Virus record (IMG/VR): IMGVR_UViG_3300023174_000118 | Location: 1-64,000 of that record | Source of the DNA: a virus | DNA: 64,000 nucleotides | Reading direction: 5' to 3' (one strand) | In this document: positions 18,101 to 25,062 of the stretch, piece by piece | Layout: each line of letters begins with the position of its first letter | Position numbering within the stretch: the stretch's first letter is position 1 | Notes under the pieces: model-generated | Told to the model about the DNA's origin: nothing | Databases searched by the model: none | What the model saw: the letters and a program-made list of their open reading frames with translations, nothing else | Made by a program: the position numbers and the translations under genes

Positions 18101-18416
18101 TATTGATATTTTCTAATCCCTTTTTATTCTTTGCTAATAGGATGATGTGGTTATATGCTTGAATAGATTTATCTGTTTTTGAAGATTTATCAAATCTATC
18201 TGTTGGAGATATGTATGCCTCTACTCCAAGGATTGGCTTTATGCCTTCTTCTTTACAGGCAATCTGCATTTCACGGTGTGATGATAATGTTCCATGATCT
18301 GTAATTGCTATTGCTGTTTGTCCCGCCGCTTTTGCTGCTTGAACAAGTTCGAGGGGAGAGTTAAGACCATCCATTAAAGAATAGTATGAATGCACATGTA
18401 AATGCGTAAATGTCAT
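15135..18416 (-). CDS. dnaE: DNA polymerase III alpha subunit (family C, PHP domain)
   Basis: HLHVHS, AITDHG, GPGRGSAAGSL, PDIDTDF, KLDALGL and YSFNRSHA motifs. Confidence 0.97.
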   Translation of the reverse strand: MTFTHLHVHSYYSLMDGLNSPLELVQAAKAAGQTAIAITDHGTLSSHREMQIACKEEGIKPILGVEAYISPTDRFDKSSKTDKSIQAYNHIILLAKNKKGLENINTLQELAWNEGFYHKPRIDKEVLDQYSEGIIVLSGCLNGLISKAIDRGSLDEAKTLLEGFKKTFGPDFYVEVQSHNPEPINSALLKLADELKIKAVATGDAHFAKEEDRVLEEAMLILSTSPKMDKDADFEMSRQIKDINERLNYLYPDRRISFQDYNLFIQSRSEIEYDFNKAGITRTDIYDNTIEISEKIEEYDFNRGLDLLPVPKTDADQKLAEMAFQGLERLRLTDGWLGNDVYEQRLMEELEVIRNKSFASYFLVVADMINWAKENNIMVGPGRGSAAGSLVCYTLGITDVDPIEYDLLFFRFINPERNDFPDIDTDFEDRRRKEVKDYLKKKFKHVASISTYTYFKDKGVIRDAARVFMVPLSDVNRAMKSIDTFEDFVESPNTKEFRTKYPEVLWLADRLRGRIRSVGVHAAGVVVAKDDLRKYAPVESRADASDLVSGRIPVVAYDMDTVADIGLIKLDALGLKTLSVISDTLASIKKRSGKNINLSELTLDDPDVYKVLSEGYTKGVFQAEATPYTNLLIKMGVDKFEDLAASNALVRPGAMNTVGASYIKRKHGNEAVQFIHPIMKPFTENTYGVIIYQEQVMQACVHLGGMTWSEADKVRKIIGKKKDAKEFDQFKDRFIAGASKHISKKQAETLWHTFEAHAGYSFNRSHAVAYSMLSYYTAWLKTYYPLEFMFSILKNENDKDKRTEYLIEAKRLKLSIKLPHINESDIFFSLKEDSIRFGLGEVKFISDSIANKIIDQRPFASYSEFIDKASKKGSGINSRAISALNAIGGAAFPDNPRSGNEKDSYYEYLGIPTFNLEGIPPRIKLQARPIEEFEDLGSFVMFGMVKSIKRGNGWARIELVDETGSIGLFHIEQTQIETGQMYFILVGDNRIARYVKVSEIDPTGSNSFVDYLYKKEYDLEEDEYVVVDFTPYVTKAGKTMSHIVLSNAQKELTRVIAFPTMYKMSLAKMREGMKCKVVLSTLDDGTLMVKEIK

Positions 18417-18439
18417 TTAACTCTCCGCCTCTTAACCTA

Positions 18440-19105
18440 TTACCAGTCTACGCTACTTGAAGAAGTAGACTCTTCGCCATTTGTTTCACCAGCAAAAAAT
18501 GCTTCTTGCTCTGTGTATGGCATGTCACGCACTGCTGTATCCTCAAGCTGATAAAGCTCAAGTGATGAACTGTCGAATGGTGTTTCATCTTTTGCAAGTG
18601 GGATAATTGTATAGCTTGTGTCTGTCTTTGTACCAGTACGCTTGATGCGCCACATTAGGTTAGTAATGCTTCCCATCTCTCCAGCATACTCGATAAGTGT
18701 TGGTGTGATTGTTTTTCCGCTTGAACCCTGAGACAAGATTCCTACATAAGGGTCTTCCTTGCCGTCATCAATAAGTACATTGATGTAAAGTCGTGAACGA
18801 CCTTTCCATCCTGCCTTGTAGTCCTTGCGGTGTTGTTCACAACCATAGCACTTGCCTTGATCGTCCATTGTGCATAAAGCCTTGCGACGATAGTCTTTTG
18901 GATTTGTGTGTTCTACTGCAATAAATCCTAGACCTAGTTTTTGATTATAGGTAGGTGAGTCTGGATCAAGTTCTTGAAGAAAACGAACTTTAACGCTTTC
19001 TGCATCCTCTAACTTAACCCAACGAGCCTTTGTACCGTCTCCACCTGAAGACTGTGGCTTGTCCATTACTTTGTTAAGGTCTTTTAACCCTTTTACTATT
19101 CCCAT
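18440..19105 (-). CDS. gp32-like single-stranded DNA-binding protein
   Basis: VKVRFL, Zn-binding H/C...C..C, WRIKRTG...TSYTI; acidic tail; lies between primase and polymerase. Confidence 0.7.
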   Translation of the reverse strand: MGIVKGLKDLNKVMDKPQSSGGDGTKARWVKLEDAESVKVRFLQELDPDSPTYNQKLGLGFIAVEHTNPKDYRRKALCTMDDQGKCYGCEQHRKDYKAGWKGRSRLYINVLIDDGKEDPYVGILSQGSSGKTITPTLIEYAGEMGSITNLMWRIKRTGTKTDTSYTIIPLAKDETPFDSSSLELYQLEDTAVRDMPYTEQEAFFAGETNGEESTSSSSVDW

Positions 19106-19158
19106 GTTTCCTCATTTCATATAGTTGATGGTGTATATCCATCTTTAGTTTGTTTTTA

Positions 19159-20157
19159 TTATGGGTTCCAAGATCTGTATTCTATGTCTGATACTGCATT
19201 TTTAATACAGATTTTAATTTCTTCATCAGTCATATCACCAGCATCTTTTGCATCATGTGGATATATCTTACCATATTCGTAAGAAGCCCACAAGAGGTCT
19301 TTATTTTTTAATCTATTGGCTATGCTCAAGCCTAGCTCTCTGCCAGCCAAATCTGCGTCTGTCATTACGGTTACTTTATTAAAATACCTATTAAGAAGTT
19401 TATGCTGCTCGTTTGATAAAAAACCTCCAAGGGTGGCAACAACATTTGGAAATCCAGCCTGATGCACACGGATTGCATCAAAACTAGACTCCACAACTAT
19501 AACATTGCTACCAATTCTTTTGGCACGATGTAAATTAAATAATGTCTTGCTCTTTGGTAGGTTAGTGCTATTCTTAAAAGATTTGCCTTCAATTGATCTT
19601 CCTACAATTCCGATTGGTGTGCCGTCTGGACTATGCACTGGAACAGTAACCATATTTTGTTTTTCAGAATAACCTAAAGCAAAATGTGTCATTGAAGACA
19701 TCTCTATTCCTCTTGATTTAAAATAGTCTTTAGCCTTTTCAGAATTAACTAATCCATTATATAAACCCTTTAAAGTATCTTCTGAAAACTCTTCAAAATC
19801 AGGCTTGTCTTCTAATATGCTTGCCATTATTTCATCAAAGTTATCCAGTACTTCTTTTTCTTGAGCGCCTATAAACCTAATAGCTTCAAAATCATTTTTG
19901 TGTAATACACGTCTTACTAGTTCTACCAATGTTCCAGACTCTCCGCATGATGGGTTAAAGCATAGCCAAACCCCTGTAGATTTATTTATGCAACAGCTTG
20001 CTGTATGTCTATTAGAATGAAATGGGCAGTAAAACATAACCTCATTACCTGGTTCTGCCACAACATCTAAGCCTAAATTTTTAATTATAGCCTTGATATG
20101 GTTTGGCGCATACTGCGTGGAATTAACTTTCCTTGCGTTATGCCCTCTGATAGCCAT
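19159..20157 (-). CDS. dnaG: DNA primase (Zn finger plus TOPRIM)
   Basis: CPFH...C..C Zn finger; VVESSFDA and MTDADLAG TOPRIM motifs; start uncertain (20157 or 20208). Confidence 0.92.
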   Translation of the reverse strand: MAIRGHNARKVNSTQYAPNHIKAIIKNLGLDVVAEPGNEVMFYCPFHSNRHTASCCINKSTGVWLCFNPSCGESGTLVELVRRVLHKNDFEAIRFIGAQEKEVLDNFDEIMASILEDKPDFEEFSEDTLKGLYNGLVNSEKAKDYFKSRGIEMSSMTHFALGYSEKQNMVTVPVHSPDGTPIGIVGRSIEGKSFKNSTNLPKSKTLFNLHRAKRIGSNVIVVESSFDAIRVHQAGFPNVVATLGGFLSNEQHKLLNRYFNKVTVMTDADLAGRELGLSIANRLKNKDLLWASYEYGKIYPHDAKDAGDMTDEEIKICIKNAVSDIEYRSWNP

Positions 20158-20384
20158 GCTTGCTTCTTTCCTATATATACTCCGTAAAGTGTCATTAAGA
20201 ACACCCACGTTTGTCCGTCAAATTGTACCGAAAAGTTAGTGTCTATGTCAAGAACTCTTGCATAGCCTTTACTTCTCATGTCGTGAGTAAGCATGCTTTC
20301 GTACTGGTATTTTAATCTAGGTATACCAGAATCGTCAGCAAACTCAACCCTTACTTGAAATCTTTTTATCTGTTTGTGGTTCAT
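20085..20384 (-). CDS. hypothetical phage protein
   Basis: ORF between helicase and primase; start placed at MNHKQ. Confidence 0.65.
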   Translation of the reverse strand: MNHKQIKRFQVRVEFADDSGIPRLKYQYESMLTHDMRSKGYARVLDIDTNFSVQFDGQTWVFLMTLYGVYIGKKQAWLSEGITQGKLIPRSMRQTISRL

Positions 20385-21612
20385 CTTTTTGGAATGGATT
20401 CTCGTAAATTTCCTTGACGATACCACGGTTGATATCCCAGTCTAGATAGAAATTAAAATCATGACCGTGTCTATTCTTACGAGAAACAATCTCAATCATA
20501 TTAGTTTGTGGGTATCTGTGAACGGCTAAAGCCATATCAGCATCATACTCAATTGCCTTTGACCAAGCAACTTGGCTCATCATTGGCGGATTATCTTGAT
20601 CGGAAATATCGTCTGCTGTTGCAGCGGTAATATCAATGATTGGAATGTTATTTGATACTGCAAGCATTTTAAACTCACGAGAAACATTTCTATTTCTTTC
20701 TACTTCAGAGTTAGAGCGCTTGTTGTCATTAAATAGCTGGTGATAATCCAAGATAACTAAGTCTGGCTTATGTTGATCTATCTTGCCTTGAATAGTTGCA
20801 GGAGTAACTTCTGATGCACCTTCGTTTGATATTAAAACAAAACTATTCTTTCCCTCAAACTTTTTGTTTCCCCATGTACGGAAGTCATCAATATTAATAT
20901 CACCCTTTGATAAATCACTTGCTTTAAATATTCCAGAGCCTAACATTGTAAAGATACGGTCACGCATATTTTCTGGAGACATTTCAAGGGACACAATCAT
21001 TGGCTTAAATCCTTGTTCCCAAGCTTTGCATGCAAGGTAAGCGGTAAACCAAGTCTTTCCTTTTCCTGGCCAACCAATTGCAACAATTAAGTGTCCTGGC
21101 GCCATTCCTGTTGGATAAGCTTTATCAATTGCATCAAACCCAGTTAAGATTCCTGGGGCTCCACCCATTACAGATGAACGTTCTTTAACTGCCTGATAAT
21201 GTCTTGCTGCATTTTCAACATCAACAATATCTAAATCTCTTACGTTGTTTGTGTATCGACTTAAACCTGCAAGGTCACTTTGCATTTGTGCAAGTACTCT
21301 GGATGCTGCATCTTCTTTAAGGGCAGATCCTCCACGTATAATAATGGTCTTAAGTTTATTTGAAATAAACTCGTTTTTAAGTATGTCTAGGTAGTATCCT
21401 GTCTCCGCCTTTGACTCAACTGGCTCAAAGTCTTTATGTCGTTCCATAAGAACGCCAACCTCTGGGACTGCTTTAAACTTATAGTAGTATGACTTTAGGC
21501 TTTCCCAAATATCTCTATGTGATGTAAAAAGTTCGTCAACATTGTCTGCCAGTAGGGTGCTGATGTCCTTATTCTTACATACAGCAGAGATTAGTGTTGC
21601 TTCTGTATTCAC
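20344..21612 (-). CDS. dnaB: DnaB-like replicative helicase
   Basis: GWPGKGKT Walker A, SLEM, ILDYHQL, IEYDAD and KNRHG motifs. Confidence 0.95.
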   Translation of the reverse strand: MNTEATLISAVCKNKDISTLLADNVDELFTSHRDIWESLKSYYYKFKAVPEVGVLMERHKDFEPVESKAETGYYLDILKNEFISNKLKTIIIRGGSALKEDAASRVLAQMQSDLAGLSRYTNNVRDLDIVDVENAARHYQAVKERSSVMGGAPGILTGFDAIDKAYPTGMAPGHLIVAIGWPGKGKTWFTAYLACKAWEQGFKPMIVSLEMSPENMRDRIFTMLGSGIFKASDLSKGDINIDDFRTWGNKKFEGKNSFVLISNEGASEVTPATIQGKIDQHKPDLVILDYHQLFNDNKRSNSEVERNRNVSREFKMLAVSNNIPIIDITAATADDISDQDNPPMMSQVAWSKAIEYDADMALAVHRYPQTNMIEIVSRKNRHGHDFNFYLDWDINRGIVKEIYENPFQKDEPQTDKKISSKG

Positions 21613-21926
21613 TCTTCGCCCTCCACCATCTTCTTAGTCTCATTCAGTAGAATGCTACGGTTAAACTTGTCCTTTTTAATTTCTTTATTTAAAGCATCTA
21701 TTCTATCAAAGTTGTTATAGAAAAAATTTAATGGGTGCCCTGTCTTGTTAGTAGAAAAATAATATATTAAAAGTTCTTGAGCACGTTGAAAACCAACACT
21801 CTCAATAACATCATTCATTGCCCACTTCTCTCTAAACTTGTTTACTGTAAGAGACTTATTGTATCTCTCTTTGTAAAGTGAAAGGTATAGTCCAATTAGG
21901 ACGTAGGGCTCTTTTTCATTTGCCAC
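21609..21926 (-). CDS. hypothetical protein (possible helicase-associated factor)
   Basis: 105-aa ORF coupled to dnaB; function guessed from position only. Confidence 0.7.
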   Translation of the reverse strand: MANEKEPYVLIGLYLSLYKERYNKSLTVNKFREKWAMNDVIESVGFQRAQELLIYYFSTNKTGHPLNFFYNNFDRIDALNKEIKKDKFNRSILLNETKKMVEGEE

Positions 21927-22119
21927 GCTTTAATTCTTCTTCCACCTCACGAGTCTTTTCAATAAGCTTGTCTTCAACAAACTTATAAACTCTTTCAGTA
22001 GCAGTATCTACATTCTCTCCGTCTCGAAGATCATCTTCAACCCCTACTCCAATTTTAATGCTTTCATAATTACCTAGGTTACGTGTGAACGAAAGGTCCA
22101 CCTTAACTCTCGTTGTCAC
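21916..22119 (-). CDS. hypothetical phage protein
   Basis: TRNLGNYESIKI motif; GTG start with AAGGAG SD. Confidence 0.75.
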   Translation of the reverse strand: MTTRVKVDLSFTRNLGNYESIKIGVGVEDDLRDGENVDTATERVYKFVEDKLIEKTREVEEELKRGK

Positions 22120-22226
22120 TTGTGCTCCTTATTTGTATGGTTAGATAATGTCATATGGGCAAAATCTGATCTAACTTCTAATTCTTTATTACAAATTGGG
22201 CAAATCACAATACGACTACTCGCCAT
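22116..22226 (-). CDS. small C2H2-type zinc-finger protein (36 aa)
   Basis: Manual translation MASSRIVICPICNKELEVRSDFAHMTLSNHTNKEHK. Confidence 0.6.
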   Translation of the reverse strand: MASSRIVICPICNKELEVRSDFAHMTLSNHTNKEHK

Positions 22227-22353
22227 CGTCATCACCTTTAACGCTCTTAACTACTACTGGGCCATTCAATGAATTCCAATAGGCAACTTCTTCTTCTCTC
22301 TTACGCTTCTTTGCTGCTCCCGTTTCAAGGGTATACTGAGCATTGAATGTCAT
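22216..22353 (-). CDS. small hypothetical protein (45 aa)
   Basis: Manual translation MTFNAQYTLETGAAKKRKREEEVAYWNSLNGPVVVKSVKGDDDGE; TAATG coupling. Confidence 0.6.
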   Translation of the reverse strand: MTFNAQYTLETGAAKKRKREEEVAYWNSLNGPVVVKSVKGDDDGE

Positions 22354-22493
22354 TATTCTGCCTTCCAAACTGGAGTAAACTCAAACTTATTAATACATTT
22401 AACACAAATGGCAAAGATATCTGGTTTCATAACAACTGGATACACCTTAGCCTTCGCACCTAAATCCCTACCGCATTCTTCACAAGAATTCAT
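22353..22493 (-). CDS. small Zn-ribbon protein (46 aa) ending PVWKAE
   Basis: Manual translation MNSCEECGRDLGAKAKVYPVVMKPDIFAICVKCINKFEFTPVWKAE; TAATG coupling on both sides. Confidence 0.65.
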   Translation of the reverse strand: MNSCEECGRDLGAKAKVYPVVMKPDIFAICVKCINKFEFTPVWKAE

Positions 22494-22975
22494 TACTCCG
22501 CCTTCCATACTGGTATAAATCCGCTATCTGTCTTAGTATACAATATAATGTTGTGTTTGAGAAGCCCCAAAAGCTCTGTTCTTGAAGGAACATTTCCAGA
22601 GTGTCCTGAGTCTAATATAAACTCGTGTAACTCTAATATATCCTTTTCATTAAACATATACTTAGACCAATTCTTATTATCTGGATCCCCTATAGGGTAT
22701 ATTTTTTGGGGGGCTTTTATCTTGCCCTCCAAAATATAATCATGCAAAGTAACTGTATGTTTATTTAATAATGCTGAAACATCTTTCATTGCATAAGCTT
22801 TACCCATATATTTTTCAACTTGAGAGTAAGAATACATTACTCTCTTTTTATCGGGGTAACACCAAGCAACTATCTCATCCTTTGATCTAGATGATTTAAT
22901 TACCTTGTGTATCTTATCGTTTAAAAAGAAATACCGTAGTTTTTTAAGGTTGCTGTTTCTTTTTTTTCTAGCCAT
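22493..22975 (-). CDS. putative DNA-binding protein (excisionase/MerR-like HTH)
   Basis: AYAMKDVSALLNKHTVTLHDYILEGKIKAP HTH-like segment. Confidence 0.6.
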   Translation of the reverse strand: MARKKRNSNLKKLRYFFLNDKIHKVIKSSRSKDEIVAWCYPDKKRVMYSYSQVEKYMGKAYAMKDVSALLNKHTVTLHDYILEGKIKAPQKIYPIGDPDNKNWSKYMFNEKDILELHEFILDSGHSGNVPSRTELLGLLKHNIILYTKTDSGFIPVWKAE

Positions 22976-23106
22976 CTTCCGAAAGCACTCGTTTCTTTAT
23001 TACACATCCAGCGTTTGCCGCACATGATACAAAATAACTCTACATGTAATTTTTGAGAAAAAACTCTGTCAACAAACACTCTGCCATTGCATTTACCACA
23101 CCACAT
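22921..23106 (-). CDS. small Zn-ribbon protein
   Basis: CGKC...CIMCG. Confidence 0.75.
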   Translation of the reverse strand: MWCGKCNGRVFVDRVFSQKLHVELFCIMCGKRWMCNKETSAFGRWLEKKETATLKNYGISF

Positions 23107-23906
23107 TATAAAGTAAATACCTTGCCATCAACTACACAAGAATAATCTGGTGCAATATGAATCATTTGAATATGAGGATAATCATTTACAATATGAGCAA
23201 CGGCAAATCCTTTTTGCCAATCGTGGTGCTGACTATATTTCATTCCGTCACTCTTTTCATCACACATGTGTCCAATTTCATAGCCACGAAGAGTTTCTCC
23301 TTCTCCGCTGTTTCTAAGTTCATATGTTACCATATGTGAGGCAATTCTGTGTGAGTGTCCACGAATAAGAGAGACCTGTAGGTCTTCCATATCTTTTCTT
23401 ACTGCGCCAGTTGCTGAAATAGAAAGTCCGTGGTGTACATGAATATCTCCAAATCGACGCTTAGGCAATTCATTATAATATATGTACTCATATCCTAATG
23501 AGTCCAGACTCCATAAGCTTTCTGGCGTAACTTCGGTAATATAATCAGGAAGCTTTGCATCTACATAATTAAATACTCTGATGTCGTGGTTTCCTAATGC
23601 TGAAAAAAGTTGTGCATCTGGAAGCATCTCTCTTGTCTTTGCATAAAAATCTCTTGCGCCCTTGGCTTCATGTCGCATCATCGGAACAATAAGATCCTTG
23701 CTATCATTCTTATGATAGTTTAAAAACTCTGCAGATCTTCCTTCTGTATACTTGCTATAACATGCCTGATCATCTGTGTCACCTAGATAGTCAACAACAT
23801 CTGGCTTAAACCATTTCATGACTTTAAACCATAGGGCAATCATCTTATCATCTTGATATGGGAACTGCTGATCGGATGAAAGCATCCATTTTAAATCGTT
23901 GCTCAT
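23106..23906 (-). CDS. calcineurin-like metallophosphoesterase
   Basis: SDQQ, LGD, GNHD, HHG and GHSH motifs. Confidence 0.9.
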   Translation of the reverse strand: MSNDLKWMLSSDQQFPYQDDKMIALWFKVMKWFKPDVVDYLGDTDDQACYSKYTEGRSAEFLNYHKNDSKDLIVPMMRHEAKGARDFYAKTREMLPDAQLFSALGNHDIRVFNYVDAKLPDYITEVTPESLWSLDSLGYEYIYYNELPKRRFGDIHVHHGLSISATGAVRKDMEDLQVSLIRGHSHRIASHMVTYELRNSGEGETLRGYEIGHMCDEKSDGMKYSQHHDWQKGFAVAHIVNDYPHIQMIHIAPDYSCVVDGKVFTL

Positions 23907-23923
23907 TTTATACCTTAATATGT

Positions 23924-23948
23924 AAAAAAGTCACGGATACGTGACTTT
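23924..23948 (-). terminator. intrinsic terminator-like hairpin at the structural/replication module boundary
   Basis: AAAGUCACG-UAUC-CGUGACUUUUUU. Confidence 0.6.
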
Positions 23949-23988
23949 AATGTTACAGTAATTGTAACATATTTATAAAACCTGTCAA
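23930..23988 (-). promoter_or_regulatory. promoter TTGACA-16-(TG)TACAAT overlapped by four phased GTNAC boxes
   Basis: -35 at 23983-23988, -10 at 23961-23966; GTNAC starting at 23930, 23941, 23952 and 23964. Confidence 0.7.
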
Positions 23989-23992
23989 GGGG

Positions 23993-24412
23993 TTAAGAGT
24001 GCTGTATAACTAAATAATAAAAGTATGTGTCTCCGCCAGTGTATCCTGTAGGCTGAAACACTTTACATGTTGCTTTGTCTGGGCCAACTGAGCTTTTTAC
24101 AACATGAGCTTCCATTGCGGACATGCCCACCTCACGAACAGGAGTAAGCAAAATTGATTTTGGCGCAGCAGTAAGTTTTGCCTCCGCATAATTAATTGTA
24201 AATGTAGACGTACTTCCTGGTTTTAAAGTAACTTTACCACTTATTCCTCCATAAATTTGTGGAATAACTACTGTTTCAATAGCTTTATTATCCATAGACA
24301 CATTTGATGTTGAAGATCCAAATTGAGGTATCTTAGATTTAATTTCAGCTAGGGAGGTTTCTAAGGCGCCTAGTTGTGCAGCGTCAATTGGATCTCCATC
24401 ATTAAATGCCAT
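23993..24412 (-). CDS. hypothetical virion-associated protein
   Basis: 139-aa ORF at the end of the tail module; GGAG SD. Confidence 0.7.
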   Translation of the reverse strand: MAFNDGDPIDAAQLGALETSLAEIKSKIPQFGSSTSNVSMDNKAIETVVIPQIYGGISGKVTLKPGSTSTFTINYAEAKLTAAPKSILLTPVREVGMSAMEAHVVKSSVGPDKATCKVFQPTGYTGGDTYFYYLVIQHS

Positions 24413-24424
24413 TATATTTCTCCC

Positions 24425-24598
24425 TTATGCTGGTAAAGAATCTTCAAATTCTTTTACTGCTTTTTCTTTTTCTTCTGCCGCTTGCATTTGCTGAGTAATC
24501 TCTGCACGTAATATTGCAATTTGTGTCTCATAGTTTGAGACAATTTCGCCAATACGTTGCTGTAGTGCGGTTATAACTAGTTCGGCTTTATCTGCCAT
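24425..24598 (-). CDS. small coiled-coil protein (57 aa, MADKAELVITALQQRIGEIVSNYETQIAILRAEITQ...)
   Basis: Manual translation; fills the gap with GAGG SD. Confidence 0.75.
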   Translation of the reverse strand: MADKAELVITALQQRIGEIVSNYETQIAILRAEITQQMQAAEEKEKAVKEFEDSLPA

Positions 24599-24599
24599 T

Positions 24600-24827
24600 T
24601 TATGCCTCTTCTACTGGATACTTAGAAAGTTCTGCCGTTAGAGCAGAAATTTGAATTGCGTTATCTGCAAGGAAAGCTGTATAATTTGCTAAAGCTTCTT
24701 GATCTGGGACCGCTTTAGAATTTTCAGCAACCTTATCTATTTCAAGACTAAATTTGTTGTAGTTTAAATTTTTTAGCCTTGAATTAATTATTGTTACTTT
24801 TTCTGCATTTGTTAGTGCTATTGTCAT
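24600..24827 (-). CDS. small helical hypothetical protein
   Basis: AGGAGG SD; TGATATAAT promoter upstream at 24845-24853. Confidence 0.75.
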   Translation of the reverse strand: MTIALTNAEKVTIINSRLKNLNYNKFSLEIDKVAENSKAVPDQEALANYTAFLADNAIQISALTAELSKYPVEEA

Positions 24828-24854
24828 TTTGTTCCTCCTTTTATATTATATCAT

Positions 24855-25061
24855 TTAACCCTGATTAGTCAAGGCTAACTTCTCTATTTCCAGAACATCA
24901 ATGACGCTTATAATGTCATTGAGCACGGACTGCCTGGTTGGCTTTTCTGGATTATCTCCCAGAGGTTCTCTGGAAATGTCATCAAGAAGAGCAGACACAT
25001 GTAAATTCATCATGTTAATTTTACTCTGTACTATCTCTATTTTTTCTATATTATTTATCAT
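24855..25061 (-). CDS. small helical hypothetical protein
   Basis: Start placed at MINNIEK just after the fibre gene stop. Confidence 0.65.
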   Translation of the reverse strand: MINNIEKIEIVQSKINMMNLHVSALLDDISREPLGDNPEKPTRQSVLNDIISVIDVLEIEKLALTNQG

Positions 25062-25062
25062 T

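Noticed and set aside
5811-21612. Inteins or introns in terL, recA, dnaE, dnaB
   Set aside because: Lengths are normal; no splice-junction or homing endonuclease motifs noticed
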